DNA of 43,597 nucleotides from positions 1 through 43,597 of the forward strand of contig JAZOSF010000175.1 in the NCBI GenBank assembly GCA_045657025.1, in the 5' to 3' direction. The notes under the pieces were generated by a model. That model searched no databases. It was given only the letters and a program-made list of their open reading frames with translations, and was not told the origin of the DNA. Positions 1-9,538 of this stretch are shown here, piece after piece. Every line of letters begins with the position of its first letter. The stretch's first letter is position 1. The position numbers and the translations under genes are program-made. The stretch comes from Lachnospiraceae bacterium. GTDB lineage: Bacteria > Bacillota > Clostridia > Lachnospirales > Lachnospiraceae.

Positions 1-179
1 GGCTCTTTCATGCCGACAATACCTTCTAACTTGCAAAACGGCTGTAAAAGCTTTGCTACTGCTTTTTCTTTTTCGGCTAATTGCTTGTCATACGGCATTC
101 CAATCCAATCGCATCCTCCGCATTTGTGTGCCACCGGACAAATACATTTATTTTTTTCCTTTTGCTTCGCTTTTGGCAT
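1..179 (-). CDS. RumA/TrmA-family RNA (uracil-5)-methyltransferase, N-terminal 59 codons only (3' part lies beyond the left window edge)
   Basis: Not in the ORF track because it is too short. Hand translation of the minus strand from the ATG at 179 gives MPKAKQKEKNKCICPVAHKCGGCDWIGMPYDKQLAEKEKAVAKLLQPFCKLEGIVGMKE, open to position 1. The C-x5-C-x2-C followed by Y..QL..K resembles the N-terminal Fe-S cysteine motif of RumA/RlmCD-type methyltransferases. The start overlaps the 3' end of the upstream transporter gene by 32 nt. Confidence 0.55.
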   Translation of the reverse strand, partial: MPKAKQKEKNKCICPVAHKCGGCDWIGMPYDKQLAEKEKAVAKLLQPFCKLEGIVGMKE

Positions 180-1323
180 CTGCATTTGATGCAAGCTTTG
201 CTTTTTTTGTGTTTCGCTCATTTACGTCCTCTCTAAGTAGTGTGTATAACGTAGAAGTAATCGGAATGAAAATCAGCATACCAACTACGCCAAATAAACT
301 ACCACCCACACTGACTGCTACTAACAGCCAAATTGCCGGAAGTCCCACAGAATTTCCAACTACTTTTGGATATATCAAATTGCCCTCTAATTGCTGGATT
401 ACCAAAAACATCACCACAAACCAGATGGCAAGAATCGGATTTACTACCAAAATTAAGAATGCGCCTACCGCACAACCGATAAATGCACCCACAATAGGTA
501 CCAGTGCAGTCACTGCAATTAATGTACCGATTAATAATGCATAAGGGAATCGGAATATGGTCATTGCAATTACAAACAACGTTCCCAAAATTACTGCTTC
601 CAAACACTGGCTGGAAATAAAGTTGGAGAAGTTCTTGTGTAAAAGTTTCAAAACACGCTCAATTCTGGAATGCAATTTCTTTGGCAAATATGCCTGCATT
701 ACGCTTTGCATCTGCCCTGCTAAGATGTCTTTTTGCATCAAGAGATAAACAGAAAATACAAGGGAAATAATGGTATCAAATACCACACCAAAAATACTTC
801 CTGCCACGGAAACGGTAGAAATAACCACATTACCAATTCCATTGCCTAATGTATTGGCAATCTTGGAAAGAATGCTGTTCCAATCCCAAGCAGAAACATC
901 CAAGCCTGCAATATATTCCTGAATCTGTGGATTATTGTCAGATACCTCCTGCAACACTTTTACGGCTTCCTTCAAAAATGCAGGTATTTTTACTGCAAGT
1001 TCACTAATCGTCTCGCCCAGCTGCGGAATAATCAACATATATACTGCCCAGAATACCAGTGCTATTCCCAATACGGAAAGCAAAAAGCTGATAATTCTTT
1101 TCCACTTTGTCAGCTTGCCTTGCTTTGCAAATAGTTTTGTTTCCATTGCACGCATAGGAATATTAACAACAAATGCTACTGCCGCACCGATAATAAACGG
1201 ACGGAAAATACGAATGATTACTCCCAGCGCCAAAAACACTTTATCCAAATGTAACACTGCAAGCACTAAACATGCTGCAAAAATCATAAGCCCCCTCAAA
1301 GCTTTGATTGTTTCTTTGTTCAT
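148..1323 (-). CDS. AI-2E family transporter (PerM/YhhT-like, UPF0118) membrane protein
   Basis: 391-aa ORF with an ATG start and multiple hydrophobic segments. The conserved C-terminal signature QQLEGNLIYPKVVGNSVGLP is typical of the AI-2E/UPF0118 family. Confidence 0.88.
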   Translation of the reverse strand: MNKETIKALRGLMIFAACLVLAVLHLDKVFLALGVIIRIFRPFIIGAAVAFVVNIPMRAMETKLFAKQGKLTKWKRIISFLLSVLGIALVFWAVYMLIIPQLGETISELAVKIPAFLKEAVKVLQEVSDNNPQIQEYIAGLDVSAWDWNSILSKIANTLGNGIGNVVISTVSVAGSIFGVVFDTIISLVFSVYLLMQKDILAGQMQSVMQAYLPKKLHSRIERVLKLLHKNFSNFISSQCLEAVILGTLFVIAMTIFRFPYALLIGTLIAVTALVPIVGAFIGCAVGAFLILVVNPILAIWFVVMFLVIQQLEGNLIYPKVVGNSVGLPAIWLLVAVSVGGSLFGVVGMLIFIPITSTLYTLLREDVNERNTKKAKLASNADAKSEAKGKK

Positions 1324-1341
1324 TACATTAACCTCTATATA

Positions 1342-2379
1342 CTATACTACAGTTTTTAAAGCTTCAATTAAGGCATCTACATTTTCTTCCTTCGTTGCCC
1401 AAGATGTACAAATTCGCATTACGCAGTGATTTTCATCTACTCGCTCAAAGAAGCACATGGAAAACTCTTTGGAAAGAGCTTCAATCTGTCTGTCCTCTAA
1501 GATCACAAAAATCTGATTTGTAGTATTTACACTTGCAAATGGAATTTCCAATTCCTTGATGGTGTTGCGAATCTTGTCTGCAAGCTTAATGGTATGTCTG
1601 CCCACTTCTTCATAGAGACCATTTTCAAAAAGTCCGATAAACTGAAGTCCCAAAAGTCTTCCTTTTGCAAACATGCCGCCCTTCTGCTTTATAATGTAGC
1701 GGAAGTCCTTCTTTAAATCCGGATGATTTATTACTACTGCTTCGCCCATAAGTGCACCACACTTGGTACCTCCGATATAAAAAACATCACAAAGCTTTGC
1801 AATAGTAGGTAAATCCAAGTCGTTGTCATTCGCTGCAAGAGCATATGCCAGTCTTGCTCCGTCTAAGTATAAGTATAACCCCAATTCACGGCAAGTTTCA
1901 CTTAGTGCAGTAAGTTCTGCTTTGGTATAAGTAGTGCCTGTCTCTGTTGGATGAGAAATATAAACCATTCCCGGCTGTACTGTATGCTCAAAAGACGGAT
2001 CAGCTCTATGTGTATTTACATAAGTGTAAACCTGCTCTGCGGTAATTTTGCCATCCTGTGAAGGAAGTGACAAAACTTTGTGTCCGTAGCTTTCAATAGC
2101 TCCTGTTTCATGTACATTAATATGTCCGGTACTTGCACAAAGTACGCCCTGGTGTGGACGAAGTGCTGCACTGATAACAGTCATATTGGCCTGAGTGCCA
2201 CCCACCAAAAACTGCACAAGTGCATTCGGTGTCTGACAAGCCTCCTTAATCAATTCACGTGCCCTATCGCAATATGCATCCTCCCCATATCCGCTGGTCT
2301 GCACCATGTTGGTCTCCTGCATCAACTCTAAAATATGTGGATGGGCTCCTTCCAAATAATCGCATTCAAAATAAATCAT
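1342..2379 (-). CDS. Threonine aldolase family / beta-eliminating lyase, PLP-dependent
   Basis: 345 aa. The N-terminus DYLEGAHPHIL and the GGTK(C)G PLP-lysine region match the low-specificity L-threonine aldolase family (fold type I). Confidence 0.75.
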   Translation of the reverse strand: MIYFECDYLEGAHPHILELMQETNMVQTSGYGEDAYCDRARELIKEACQTPNALVQFLVGGTQANMTVISAALRPHQGVLCASTGHINVHETGAIESYGHKVLSLPSQDGKITAEQVYTYVNTHRADPSFEHTVQPGMVYISHPTETGTTYTKAELTALSETCRELGLYLYLDGARLAYALAANDNDLDLPTIAKLCDVFYIGGTKCGALMGEAVVINHPDLKKDFRYIIKQKGGMFAKGRLLGLQFIGLFENGLYEEVGRHTIKLADKIRNTIKELEIPFASVNTTNQIFVILEDRQIEALSKEFSMCFFERVDENHCVMRICTSWATKEENVDALIEALKTVV

Positions 2380-2398
2380 CTTTTTGTCCTCTCAAAAC

Positions 2399-3847
2399 TT
2401 ATGCTCTGTCTCTTAATACTGCGGTTAAAAATTCCCAAGTTCTCTTCGTAGAAGAAATGCTTAACCTCTCCTCTGTCGTATGAATGGAGTTCATATTTGG
2501 CCCGAATGAGATACAATCTAAATCCGGCTGTTTGCCAAGGAATAATCCACATTCTAAGCCTGCATGAATTGCTTGAATTTCCGGTTTTACACCATACATT
2601 TCTTCATAAACCCGAACCATTTTGTCGCGAAGTGGACTGTCTACTTTAAATGCCCAGCCCGGATATTCTCCGCTAACTTCAAAGCTTGCTCCCACCATCT
2701 TAAAAAGAATTTCTAATTTTTCAAGGAGAGCCGCTTTGACACTTTCTACAGAACTTCTCACGGAATACTGAACGGTAACTGCCTTGTCGTCACATTCTAT
2801 TACACCAAGATTTAAACTGGTTTCAACCAATCCTACCACATCCTGACTCATAGCCTGAACACCTACCGGAGCCGCTACTAATAAGTTCATTATATTTGCT
2901 GTGCTTGTATTATCGTAAACTGCATACGCATCTTCTGCTTCTTCTGTAATTTCTACATAAATGCCGGCGTCTCTTGTTGCGTATTCTGCTTTTAATGCTT
3001 CTTCTGTGGCTTTAACATTTGCTACAAACTTTGCCGCATCCTCTGCCGCCAGTACCACTTCTGCAAAAGCCTCTCGCGGAATTGCATTTTCTACTGTTCC
3101 ACCATAGAATGCTGAAATCTTAAAATCTACTGTCTTAGACGCATGATACAAGGTACGTGCAAGCAAATAAAGGGAATTGCCGCGCTCTCTATGAATATCT
3201 GCACCGCTGTGACCACCCTGTAAGCCTTTTACAGCCACGCAAAGCTTCTTGCCGTTTACAGATGCCATATCAACCGCAATGGCGCCTTTTACGCGTGCAC
3301 CGCCCGCACAGCTAGTCAAAAAAATGCCTTCCTCTTCGGAATCGATATTTAAAAATCTGCGGCCTCTAATATCACTGATATCAATTGCCTTTGCGCCAAA
3401 AAGTCCGGTTTCCTCGTCCACCGTAATAATAAGTTCTACTTCCGGATGCTCCAAATCCGTAGCATCCATTACTGCCAAGCCATACGCAACCGCAATACCG
3501 TCATCACCGCCAAGGCTAGTATTGATTGCATAAATGTAATCTCCTTCTGTAGCCAAATCAAGGCCTTCTGTCAACATATCCTTATCAGAATCCGGTGTCT
3601 TTACTGCAACCATATCCATATGCCCCTGAATAATAACACCCGGGACCTCTTCGTATCCCGGTGTCGCAGGCTTACGCATTACCACATTACCGATTTCATC
3701 ACATCTTGCCCAGATGCCTCTATCTGCTGCAAATTTCATCAGGTAATCTGTCATCCATGCTGTGTTGCCGCTACCATGCGGAATACCACATATTTCTTCA
3801 AAATATTTAAATACGCCCTTCGGCTCTAAATGTCCCAAAACGCTCAT
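2399..3847 (-). CDS. pepD: Aminoacyl-histidine (Xaa-His) dipeptidase, peptidase M20C
   Basis: 482 aa. N-terminus LEPKGVFKYFEEICGIPHGSGN, plus the metal-ligand blocks HMDMV and VDEETG characteristic of PepD. Confidence 0.9.
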   Translation of the reverse strand: MSVLGHLEPKGVFKYFEEICGIPHGSGNTAWMTDYLMKFAADRGIWARCDEIGNVVMRKPATPGYEEVPGVIIQGHMDMVAVKTPDSDKDMLTEGLDLATEGDYIYAINTSLGGDDGIAVAYGLAVMDATDLEHPEVELIITVDEETGLFGAKAIDISDIRGRRFLNIDSEEEGIFLTSCAGGARVKGAIAVDMASVNGKKLCVAVKGLQGGHSGADIHRERGNSLYLLARTLYHASKTVDFKISAFYGGTVENAIPREAFAEVVLAAEDAAKFVANVKATEEALKAEYATRDAGIYVEITEEAEDAYAVYDNTSTANIMNLLVAAPVGVQAMSQDVVGLVETSLNLGVIECDDKAVTVQYSVRSSVESVKAALLEKLEILFKMVGASFEVSGEYPGWAFKVDSPLRDKMVRVYEEMYGVKPEIQAIHAGLECGLFLGKQPDLDCISFGPNMNSIHTTEERLSISSTKRTWEFLTAVLRDRA

Positions 3848-3938
3848 AGATTTAACTCCTAAAAAAATATAATTATACTATTTTAGTATATATTTTTACC
3901 ACAAAAAGGTCAATATTATAGCCCTACATCTTTGGCAC

Positions 3939-5201
3939 TTATTTTTTTAACATGATGTCTAAAATGACATCATTTGTTTTGTCCATACCCTCTTTACTTA
4001 AGGTTCCCACTTCACGAATTGTGTTTTCAATACCCTTTTTGATAATGCCTTCTCCGTGTACAAACTCCTGTCCCAACATAGCCATTTTGAATCCCAAAAG
4101 TCCTGCCTCTACTGACATTGCAATTTTAGCTGCACAAGATGGTTTTGCACCGTCGCAAATGGTTCCGGAAAGGATAGCAAGTCCGTTTACAATGGTATGT
4201 TCGATGATGGACTTATTCGCCCCATATAAATACGCAATTCCGGCTGCCGCGCCACAACCCGCGCAAACTGCTCCGCAATATGCAGACAGATACCCTATGG
4301 ACTTTTTAATTCGAATAGAAACCAAGTTTGCAAGCACCATTGCACGAATTAGTGTTTCAGAATCCCTTCCCAGTTCCTTTGCATATTCTACAATCGGCAA
4401 AGTAATCGTCAAGCCTTGATTCCCACTTCCGGAATTAATAACCGCTGGCATTTCACAACCGCTCATTCTTGCATCGGAACCCGCTGCCGCAGCAGCAACT
4501 GCTCTCAATTTCACATCCGGATTCGCCACCCCATGCAAAAGAATTTTGCCGATTTGAGCTCCCCAGTCTCCATCCATTCCTTCTTTGGAAAGTGCCGTAT
4601 TGCATAAAATCTGTTGTTCAATGGTTGCCCGTACGTCTTCCAAAGAACATGTATTAGCATATTCAAATATTTCATCTATTTTCAAATTGACAGCATCCCC
4701 ATTTTCTAAAGACACGTCATCCTTGTGTTCAAATAAAACCTTGTCATCCAACTGTTTTAAGATAACATTGATATGATGCTCCGTGATTCTCACCTGTGAT
4801 ACATGTAATTCACTGTACATCTTAATCCAAATATCAAAGACATAGCAAGAAGGGGATAATTCCACCTGAATAGAGCATTTTTCCATAAAATTGCGTGCTA
4901 ATTCACCAGTATTTTCCGGTGCAGATGCCAAAACTTCCAGCTTTGCATTTGCGTCGCCTACCACAACACCGGCAGCAATCGCTGATTCAATGCCCTTTAG
5001 TCCATTTGTTCCCGGAACAACAACACTTTTTGCATTTTTTACAATACTGGAACTCACGTATGCCTCTATTTTATATGGCATTTCACTCAAGACATCTTTT
5101 GCAACAGCTGCTGCATATGCCAGTGAAATCGGTTCGGTACATCCGGTTGCAGGAATCAATTGTTTTTTTAATACTTCTGTATATAAATCATAATTAATCA
5201 C
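3939..5201 (-). CDS. UPF0597 / L-cysteine desulfidase-like protein (serine dehydratase alpha-chain-like fold)
   Basis: The ORF track starts at a TTG at 5225. I prefer the GTG at 5201, which is preceded by GAGGAG with a 7-nt spacer. The N-terminus VINYDLYTEVLKKQLIPATGCTEPISLAYAAA is typical of YhaM/UPF0597 proteins. Confidence 0.8.
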   Translation of the reverse strand: MINYDLYTEVLKKQLIPATGCTEPISLAYAAAVAKDVLSEMPYKIEAYVSSSIVKNAKSVVVPGTNGLKGIESAIAAGVVVGDANAKLEVLASAPENTGELARNFMEKCSIQVELSPSCYVFDIWIKMYSELHVSQVRITEHHINVILKQLDDKVLFEHKDDVSLENGDAVNLKIDEIFEYANTCSLEDVRATIEQQILCNTALSKEGMDGDWGAQIGKILLHGVANPDVKLRAVAAAAAGSDARMSGCEMPAVINSGSGNQGLTITLPIVEYAKELGRDSETLIRAMVLANLVSIRIKKSIGYLSAYCGAVCAGCGAAAGIAYLYGANKSIIEHTIVNGLAILSGTICDGAKPSCAAKIAMSVEAGLLGFKMAMLGQEFVHGEGIIKKGIENTIREVGTLSKEGMDKTNDVILDIMLKK

Positions 5202-5269
5202 TTGTATTCTCCTCTTGCTTCTCAACCTTTATATTCAAGTATATCAAAAAATCGGATAAATTTATATAA

Positions 5270-5306
5270 TGCAAAAACCCCAGGAAATCAAGGATTCTCT
5301 GGGGTT
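5270..5306 (-). terminator. Rho-independent terminator after rplT
   Basis: Minus strand reads AACCCCAG-15 nt-CTGGGGTT followed by TTTGC, 10 nt after the rplT stop. Confidence 0.75.
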
Positions 5307-5316
5307 AAAATTCTTA

Positions 5317-5673
5317 TTAAGCTAATTTAGACTTTGCGATTTCAGCTAATGCAGCAAAACCAGCAGCATCATTAACTGCCATTTCAGCTAACATCTTTCT
5401 GTTCATATCGATTTCAGCTAACTTTAAGCCGTACATAAACTTGCTGTAAGATAAACCGTTTAATCTAGCAGCAGCGTTGATACGAGCGATCCATAACTGT
5501 CTGAACTGACGCTTTCTTTCCTTACGGCCAGCATAAGAGCTTGTTAATGCTCTCATAACAGACTGCTTTGCAATTCTATACTGTTTGCTTCTAGCGCCTC
5601 TGTAGCCCTTTGCAAGCTTTAATACTCTATTGTGTTTCTTCTTTGCGTTTAAGCCGCCTTTAATTCTTGCCAT
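5317..5673 (-). CDS. rplT: 50S ribosomal protein L20
   Basis: 118 aa. [29 protein letters not shown] is canonical L20. Confidence 0.98.
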   Translation of the reverse strand: MARIKGGLNAKKKHNRVLKLAKGYRGARSKQYRIAKQSVMRALTSSYAGRKERKRQFRQLWIARINAAARLNGLSYSKFMYGLKLAEIDMNRKMLAEMAVNDAAGFAALAEIAKSKLA

Positions 5674-5695
5674 TTCTTTACTCCTCCTCTACCGA

Positions 5696-5893
5696 TTATA
5701 AGTATGGTAAAATCTTCTTCATATTCTTAACATTAGTTGCATCTGTGATTGCAGGCTTTCTAAGATTACGTTTTCTCTTAGTAGATTTCTTAGTTAAGAT
5801 ATGGCTCTTGTAAGCTTTAGCTCTTTTTAATTTACCTGTTCCTGTTACTTTAAAACGTTTTGCAGCTGCTCTGCTTGTTTTCATTTTTGGCAT
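5696..5893 (-). CDS. rpmI: 50S ribosomal protein L35
   Basis: 65 aa. [24 protein letters not shown] is canonical L35. Confidence 0.98.
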   Translation of the reverse strand: MPKMKTSRAAAKRFKVTGTGKLKRAKAYKSHILTKKSTKRKRNLRKPAITDATNVKNMKKILPYL

Positions 5894-5929
5894 GTCGAGT
5901 TCCTCCTAAAATCTTTTTCGTATTAGCAC

Positions 5930-6445
5930 TTATTTCTTAGACTTTGGTGCTAAAAACATAGTCATGCTTCTGCCTTCCACTTTCGGTGCTTTCTCAATGT
6001 TGGCAACTTCTGCTAAACTTGCAGCAAAATCATCTAAGATATGCTTGCTGTTGTTCATATGAGCCATTTCACGGCCGCGGAAACGAAGTGTTACCTTAAC
6101 CTTATCGCCCTTTGTAATGAACTTATTGGCAGCATTGATCTTCGTGTTTAAGTCATTAGTATCGATGTTTGGAGATAAACGAATTTCCTTAACTTCGATT
6201 ACCTTCTGCTTTTTCTTAGCTTCTTTTTCCTTGCGGATTTGTTCATAGCGATATTTGCCGTAATCCACAATCTTGCATACAGGTGGCTTCGCGTTCGGTG
6301 CAATCTTAACCAAATCCAGGCCGGCTTCTTCTGCAAGCTTAAGTGCATCGCGTGAAGACATAATACCTAACTGTTCGCCTTCTGTACCGATGAGACGGAT
6401 TTCTTTGTCTCTGATTTGTTCGTTGATCATTAATTCGTTACTAAT
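5930..6445 (-). CDS. infC: Translation initiation factor IF-3, predicted ATT start codon
   Basis: Conserved IF-3 sequence (INEQIRDKEIRLIG..., KPPVCKIVDYGKYRYE). The ATG at 6499 in the ORF track lies inside a terminator hairpin and has no SD. An in-frame ATT at 6445 sits 7 nt downstream of GGAGGG (6453-6458). An AUU start is the conserved autoregulatory feature of infC. Confidence 0.9.
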   Translation of the reverse strand: MSNELMINEQIRDKEIRLIGTEGEQLGIMSSRDALKLAEEAGLDLVKIAPNAKPPVCKIVDYGKYRYEQIRKEKEAKKKQKVIEVKEIRLSPNIDTNDLNTKINAANKFITKGDKVKVTLRFRGREMAHMNNSKHILDDFAASLAEVANIEKAPKVEGRSMTMFLAPKSKK

Positions 6446-6465
6446 GGTTTTGCCCTCCAAATAAG

Positions 6466-6640
6466 AAAAACTAAAAAAGTGGATAGTCAGACTATCCACT
6501 TAGTAACTCACGATACCTCACAAAATAACTGTGATCGTTAAGAACTATTTGACGCCTGCCAGCACATTAAAGCCGCAGGGTGAGAGTGGATACTCTGCTT
6601 GATTGTTCTTCGTGTGAAACTTCTGCTCACACACTCAAAT
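6466..6640 (-). promoter_or_regulatory. Ribosomal protein L20 leader (transcription-attenuation leader of infC-rpmI-rplT) with intrinsic terminator at 6466-6500
   Basis: About 175 nt of structured untranslated leader lies between a sigma-A-like promoter and infC. It ends in the hairpin AGTGGATAGTC-T-GACTATCCACT followed by TTTTTTAGTTTTT, immediately upstream of the infC SD. Position and architecture match the Firmicutes L20 leader. The covariance model was not run. Confidence 0.6.
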
Positions 6641-6669
6641 AATTTATCACAGTATTCTCTCGTTGTCAA
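6641..6669 (-). promoter_or_regulatory. Sigma-A-type promoter of the infC operon
   Basis: Minus strand has TTGACA (6669-6664), a 17-nt spacer, then TAAATT (6646-6641). Confidence 0.55.
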
Positions 6670-6687
6670 TAGCATAAATAAATATTT

Positions 6688-9126
6688 TTATTTTTTTTGC
6701 GTCACAATATCATTATCAAACATATAATTATATTGCATAATACGATAATCAATTAGCTCATCATTATTACCACTCCAAGAACACCAATTTCCTGCATCGT
6801 CTTTATACCCATTCACAGTAATTATTGGATGTTTTTCCATGTAATAATTCAAAAAATCAAAAAATGGATTTAATGGTACGCCCGCAGTTTTTGCTAAAAA
6901 TGCACCCAAATAATTCAAGCTAATATCATAATCCTGCTTTTCTTCAATATCATAATTTGTCCATATAATAAATGGCACTATATATGGATTTAATATTTTA
7001 TCTATTTCGCCTAGGCCTTCCGTTTGCTTGTATAAATTTTCCTTAAAAGTTTCATCCGAAAAACTCGGTTGATGATCTCCATACATACATATCATAACTT
7101 TTTCATCGATATTGGAAAAATAATTTATTAGATACTCAAATGCCTCATCAGACTTCTTTATAGCAGATAAATAAACGTCTGCCTCAGGACATGCTACGTT
7201 TACTGATGTAACAGTTCTCTCAATGTCGCTATTCACATATCCACCATGATTTTGCATCGTCAAATCAAACAGAAACATTTTTTCTCCTGCTTCCAGATTT
7301 TCAAACACTTCTTCGACCATATAATAAGTATCTATATCAGAAATACCATTGTGTATATGTGTACATTCCTCGTCAAAATCTTCTTTCCAGTAGGAATAAT
7401 CGAAGCCCAATTTTTTATAAACACTGTCTCTATTCCAATTTTTGCTAGATTCCGGATGTATTGAATAGGTAGTATAACCAGTGTCGTTCAATAACGAAAT
7501 CAGTGAATTTCTTTCTTTATACATACCCTGCTGATAGCCATAATAAGAAGTTGGAAGTAACCCCAAAGAAACGCCAGTAAACACTTCAAACTCCGAATTA
7601 GCCGTTCCACCACCTAAAACAGACGCACGTGCAATTCCTCTAATAGTATTTTCTTTCAATCCGTAAAAAAATCCCATGTTTTCTTGACTGATCTCTAAAT
7701 CTCCCAAAAGACGCAAATCCGAGAAACTTTCATTCATAATCATTATTATATGAGGGAGATCCTCTACCTCTTCCTGAGTATACGAAACATTTTCCATCTC
7801 TTCTATTATTTCTCTTACCCGCTCTTCAGAATATCCTTCCGGCTCATATACTCTGGAAGCCTGAATATCAATACAAGAAGAAACAATATAACCATTAAAA
7901 TGATATATCATTTGCTGATCAAATCCTGAAAATTTGACAAATCCTTTATTTACCAAAAAATCTGTCCACAGTAAATTATAAAACATTCCAATGCACAACA
8001 CTATGCCGGCAATGAATGACAATATAAAACCAACTACCTTTAAAACGCGTTTTTCTTTAATATATTTCACTAAGGAAAATGTATTGCCACACTGCCATCC
8101 ATAAACGATAAACACAATTATTAAGCACCATATCATGGTAAGATGCGTATTTGGAGTGAAATCATATTCCCCCACAACCTCTGCAGCGGTTCCTATTGCC
8201 ATAAAATCATTAAACTTTAATGGAACACCTCTATACATTAGGACAAAATAATTCACAGTATAAAGAATTCCCAAAAAAGTATTTGTCAGCACAATACTCC
8301 ACCTAAAAGAACATGTACACAACAACACTATCACTTCCAGCATCAACATAATGCCACAGTTCCATAACAAGGCATTAGGAAGTAAAAAGTTAGTATCGAT
8401 TGTCAATAACTCTAATCTTCGGCCCAAAATCCACGGCGCAGCTATCATAAGAAACAGGCCGGCAATGATTTTTACAAACTTTTTATCCGGCAATCCAATC
8501 CCTATTCCAAACATCGTAAGCATTGCTAATATCAAAACCTTAAACGCTGCAGATGATTCTATAACATCCTTATATGTATATGCTATTAGAAGTTGCTTGT
8601 CTTGTAATTGCTCAACATTATCTCTCTTTATCCAAAAGCTCTGGTTTTCCTTTAATTGCTCTTCATTTGTGCAGTATCCGAGTGTAACCATATTGCCTGA
8701 ACTATCAGGGGTACATCCCACATTGATTATATATGTATGTTTTTTTTCCAAGGTAAGATTTACAGGAATAGAATAATATTTTTCAAATTCCAATTCCGCA
8801 TATGTTAATTTTTTTTCAAAAATCACCACATCATCTTCTGATATAATTTTAATTTCAATCAGGCCATCACATATTAGTTCATCTGCCCGATTGACAAAAA
8901 ACAAATCTATACTTTCTAAATTTTGATGTATAGCTTTTACATACTGATAATACTCTGTAGGTGCTTCAGACATAGCAAATTCACCCATTCCTAAGCCCTT
9001 CAGATAGAAATACTTTTCTTCTTTCAAAAAACCTACTGGCCAAATACTTATGGCTAGCTGCAACATTGCCAAAATAACACCTATCATCCACCTGATTTTT
9101 CTATTTATAAAGTATTTTTTAATCAT
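6688..9126 (-). CDS. LTA synthase family (sulfatase / alkaline-phosphatase superfamily) polytopic membrane protein with an extra N-terminal domain
   Basis: 812 aa. The C-terminal domain carries MNESFSDL ... GGGTANSEFEVFTG ... YGDHQP, which are LtaS/phosphoglycerol-transferase metal and nucleophile motifs. The central region is hydrophobic. The N-terminal ~190 residues after one TM segment have no motif I recognise. Confidence 0.8.
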   Translation of the reverse strand: MIKKYFINRKIRWMIGVILAMLQLAISIWPVGFLKEEKYFYLKGLGMGEFAMSEAPTEYYQYVKAIHQNLESIDLFFVNRADELICDGLIEIKIISEDDVVIFEKKLTYAELEFEKYYSIPVNLTLEKKHTYIINVGCTPDSSGNMVTLGYCTNEEQLKENQSFWIKRDNVEQLQDKQLLIAYTYKDVIESSAAFKVLILAMLTMFGIGIGLPDKKFVKIIAGLFLMIAAPWILGRRLELLTIDTNFLLPNALLWNCGIMLMLEVIVLLCTCSFRWSIVLTNTFLGILYTVNYFVLMYRGVPLKFNDFMAIGTAAEVVGEYDFTPNTHLTMIWCLIIVFIVYGWQCGNTFSLVKYIKEKRVLKVVGFILSFIAGIVLCIGMFYNLLWTDFLVNKGFVKFSGFDQQMIYHFNGYIVSSCIDIQASRVYEPEGYSEERVREIIEEMENVSYTQEEVEDLPHIIMIMNESFSDLRLLGDLEISQENMGFFYGLKENTIRGIARASVLGGGTANSEFEVFTGVSLGLLPTSYYGYQQGMYKERNSLISLLNDTGYTTYSIHPESSKNWNRDSVYKKLGFDYSYWKEDFDEECTHIHNGISDIDTYYMVEEVFENLEAGEKMFLFDLTMQNHGGYVNSDIERTVTSVNVACPEADVYLSAIKKSDEAFEYLINYFSNIDEKVMICMYGDHQPSFSDETFKENLYKQTEGLGEIDKILNPYIVPFIIWTNYDIEEKQDYDISLNYLGAFLAKTAGVPLNPFFDFLNYYMEKHPIITVNGYKDDAGNWCSWSGNNDELIDYRIMQYNYMFDNDIVTQKK

Positions 9127-9142
9127 ATATAACCTCTATAAA

Positions 9143-9183
9143 ATTCTAAAAATCCAGAGTTCTCTAATTATAGAAAACTCTGG
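9143..9183 (-). terminator. Rho-independent terminator after the DUF1540 gene
   Basis: Minus strand reads CCAGAGTT-14 nt-AACTCTGG followed by ATTTTTAGAATTTT. Confidence 0.7.
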
Positions 9184-9192
9184 ATAAGGCCC

Positions 9193-9507
9193 TTATGCTT
9201 CCGTAAAAGTAGCACAAATAGTACCTTCACTACTGTTTGCACCGTTTCCGCGAATGTCTACATGCTCTGCCACACAACGCATGCTGTGATTGTATTTGCA
9301 GTTTTCTGCTTCACAATCAATGCTGATTGTTTTGTATGGTTTGCCGGCGCTGTTGGAAAAGCTGTCAGTCTTTCTATCCACAAAGCTTTCACAACAAGTG
9401 TCATCTTCACGTTTCGCCTCGCGACCACCTACAAAAATATCACCTTTACAGCAATACTCTTCTTTGTTATATACGCAGTTTTTTACACTGCATCCTAATT
9501 CTGCCAT
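9193..9507 (-). CDS. DUF1540 domain-containing Cys-rich small protein
   Basis: 104 aa with two copies of the C..NC.YN....C pattern (CSVKNCVYNKEEYCC and CEAENCKYNHSMRC). Strong SD GGAGG. Confidence 0.75.
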   Translation of the reverse strand: MAELGCSVKNCVYNKEEYCCKGDIFVGGREAKREDDTCCESFVDRKTDSFSNSAGKPYKTISIDCEAENCKYNHSMRCVAEHVDIRGNGANSSEGTICATFTEA

Positions 9508-9520
9508 GTTACATACCTCC

Positions 9521-9538
9521 TTTGACTATATAGTCAAA
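9521..9538. promoter_or_regulatory. Perfect 18-bp palindrome TTTGACTATATAGTCAAA abutting the DUF1540 SD (candidate operator or 5'-UTR hairpin)
   Basis: Read directly. The palindrome ends 1 nt from the SD GGAGG (9516-9520 on the plus strand). Confidence 0.4.

Noticed and set aside
299-607. Nested minus-strand ORFs in alternative frames: 299..607, 10068..10283, 22005..22199, 22618..22815 and 23152..23334.
   Set aside because: Each is wholly contained within a conserved gene (the AI-2E transporter, thrS, apt or the MATE transporter) in another frame. None has a motif or SD support.
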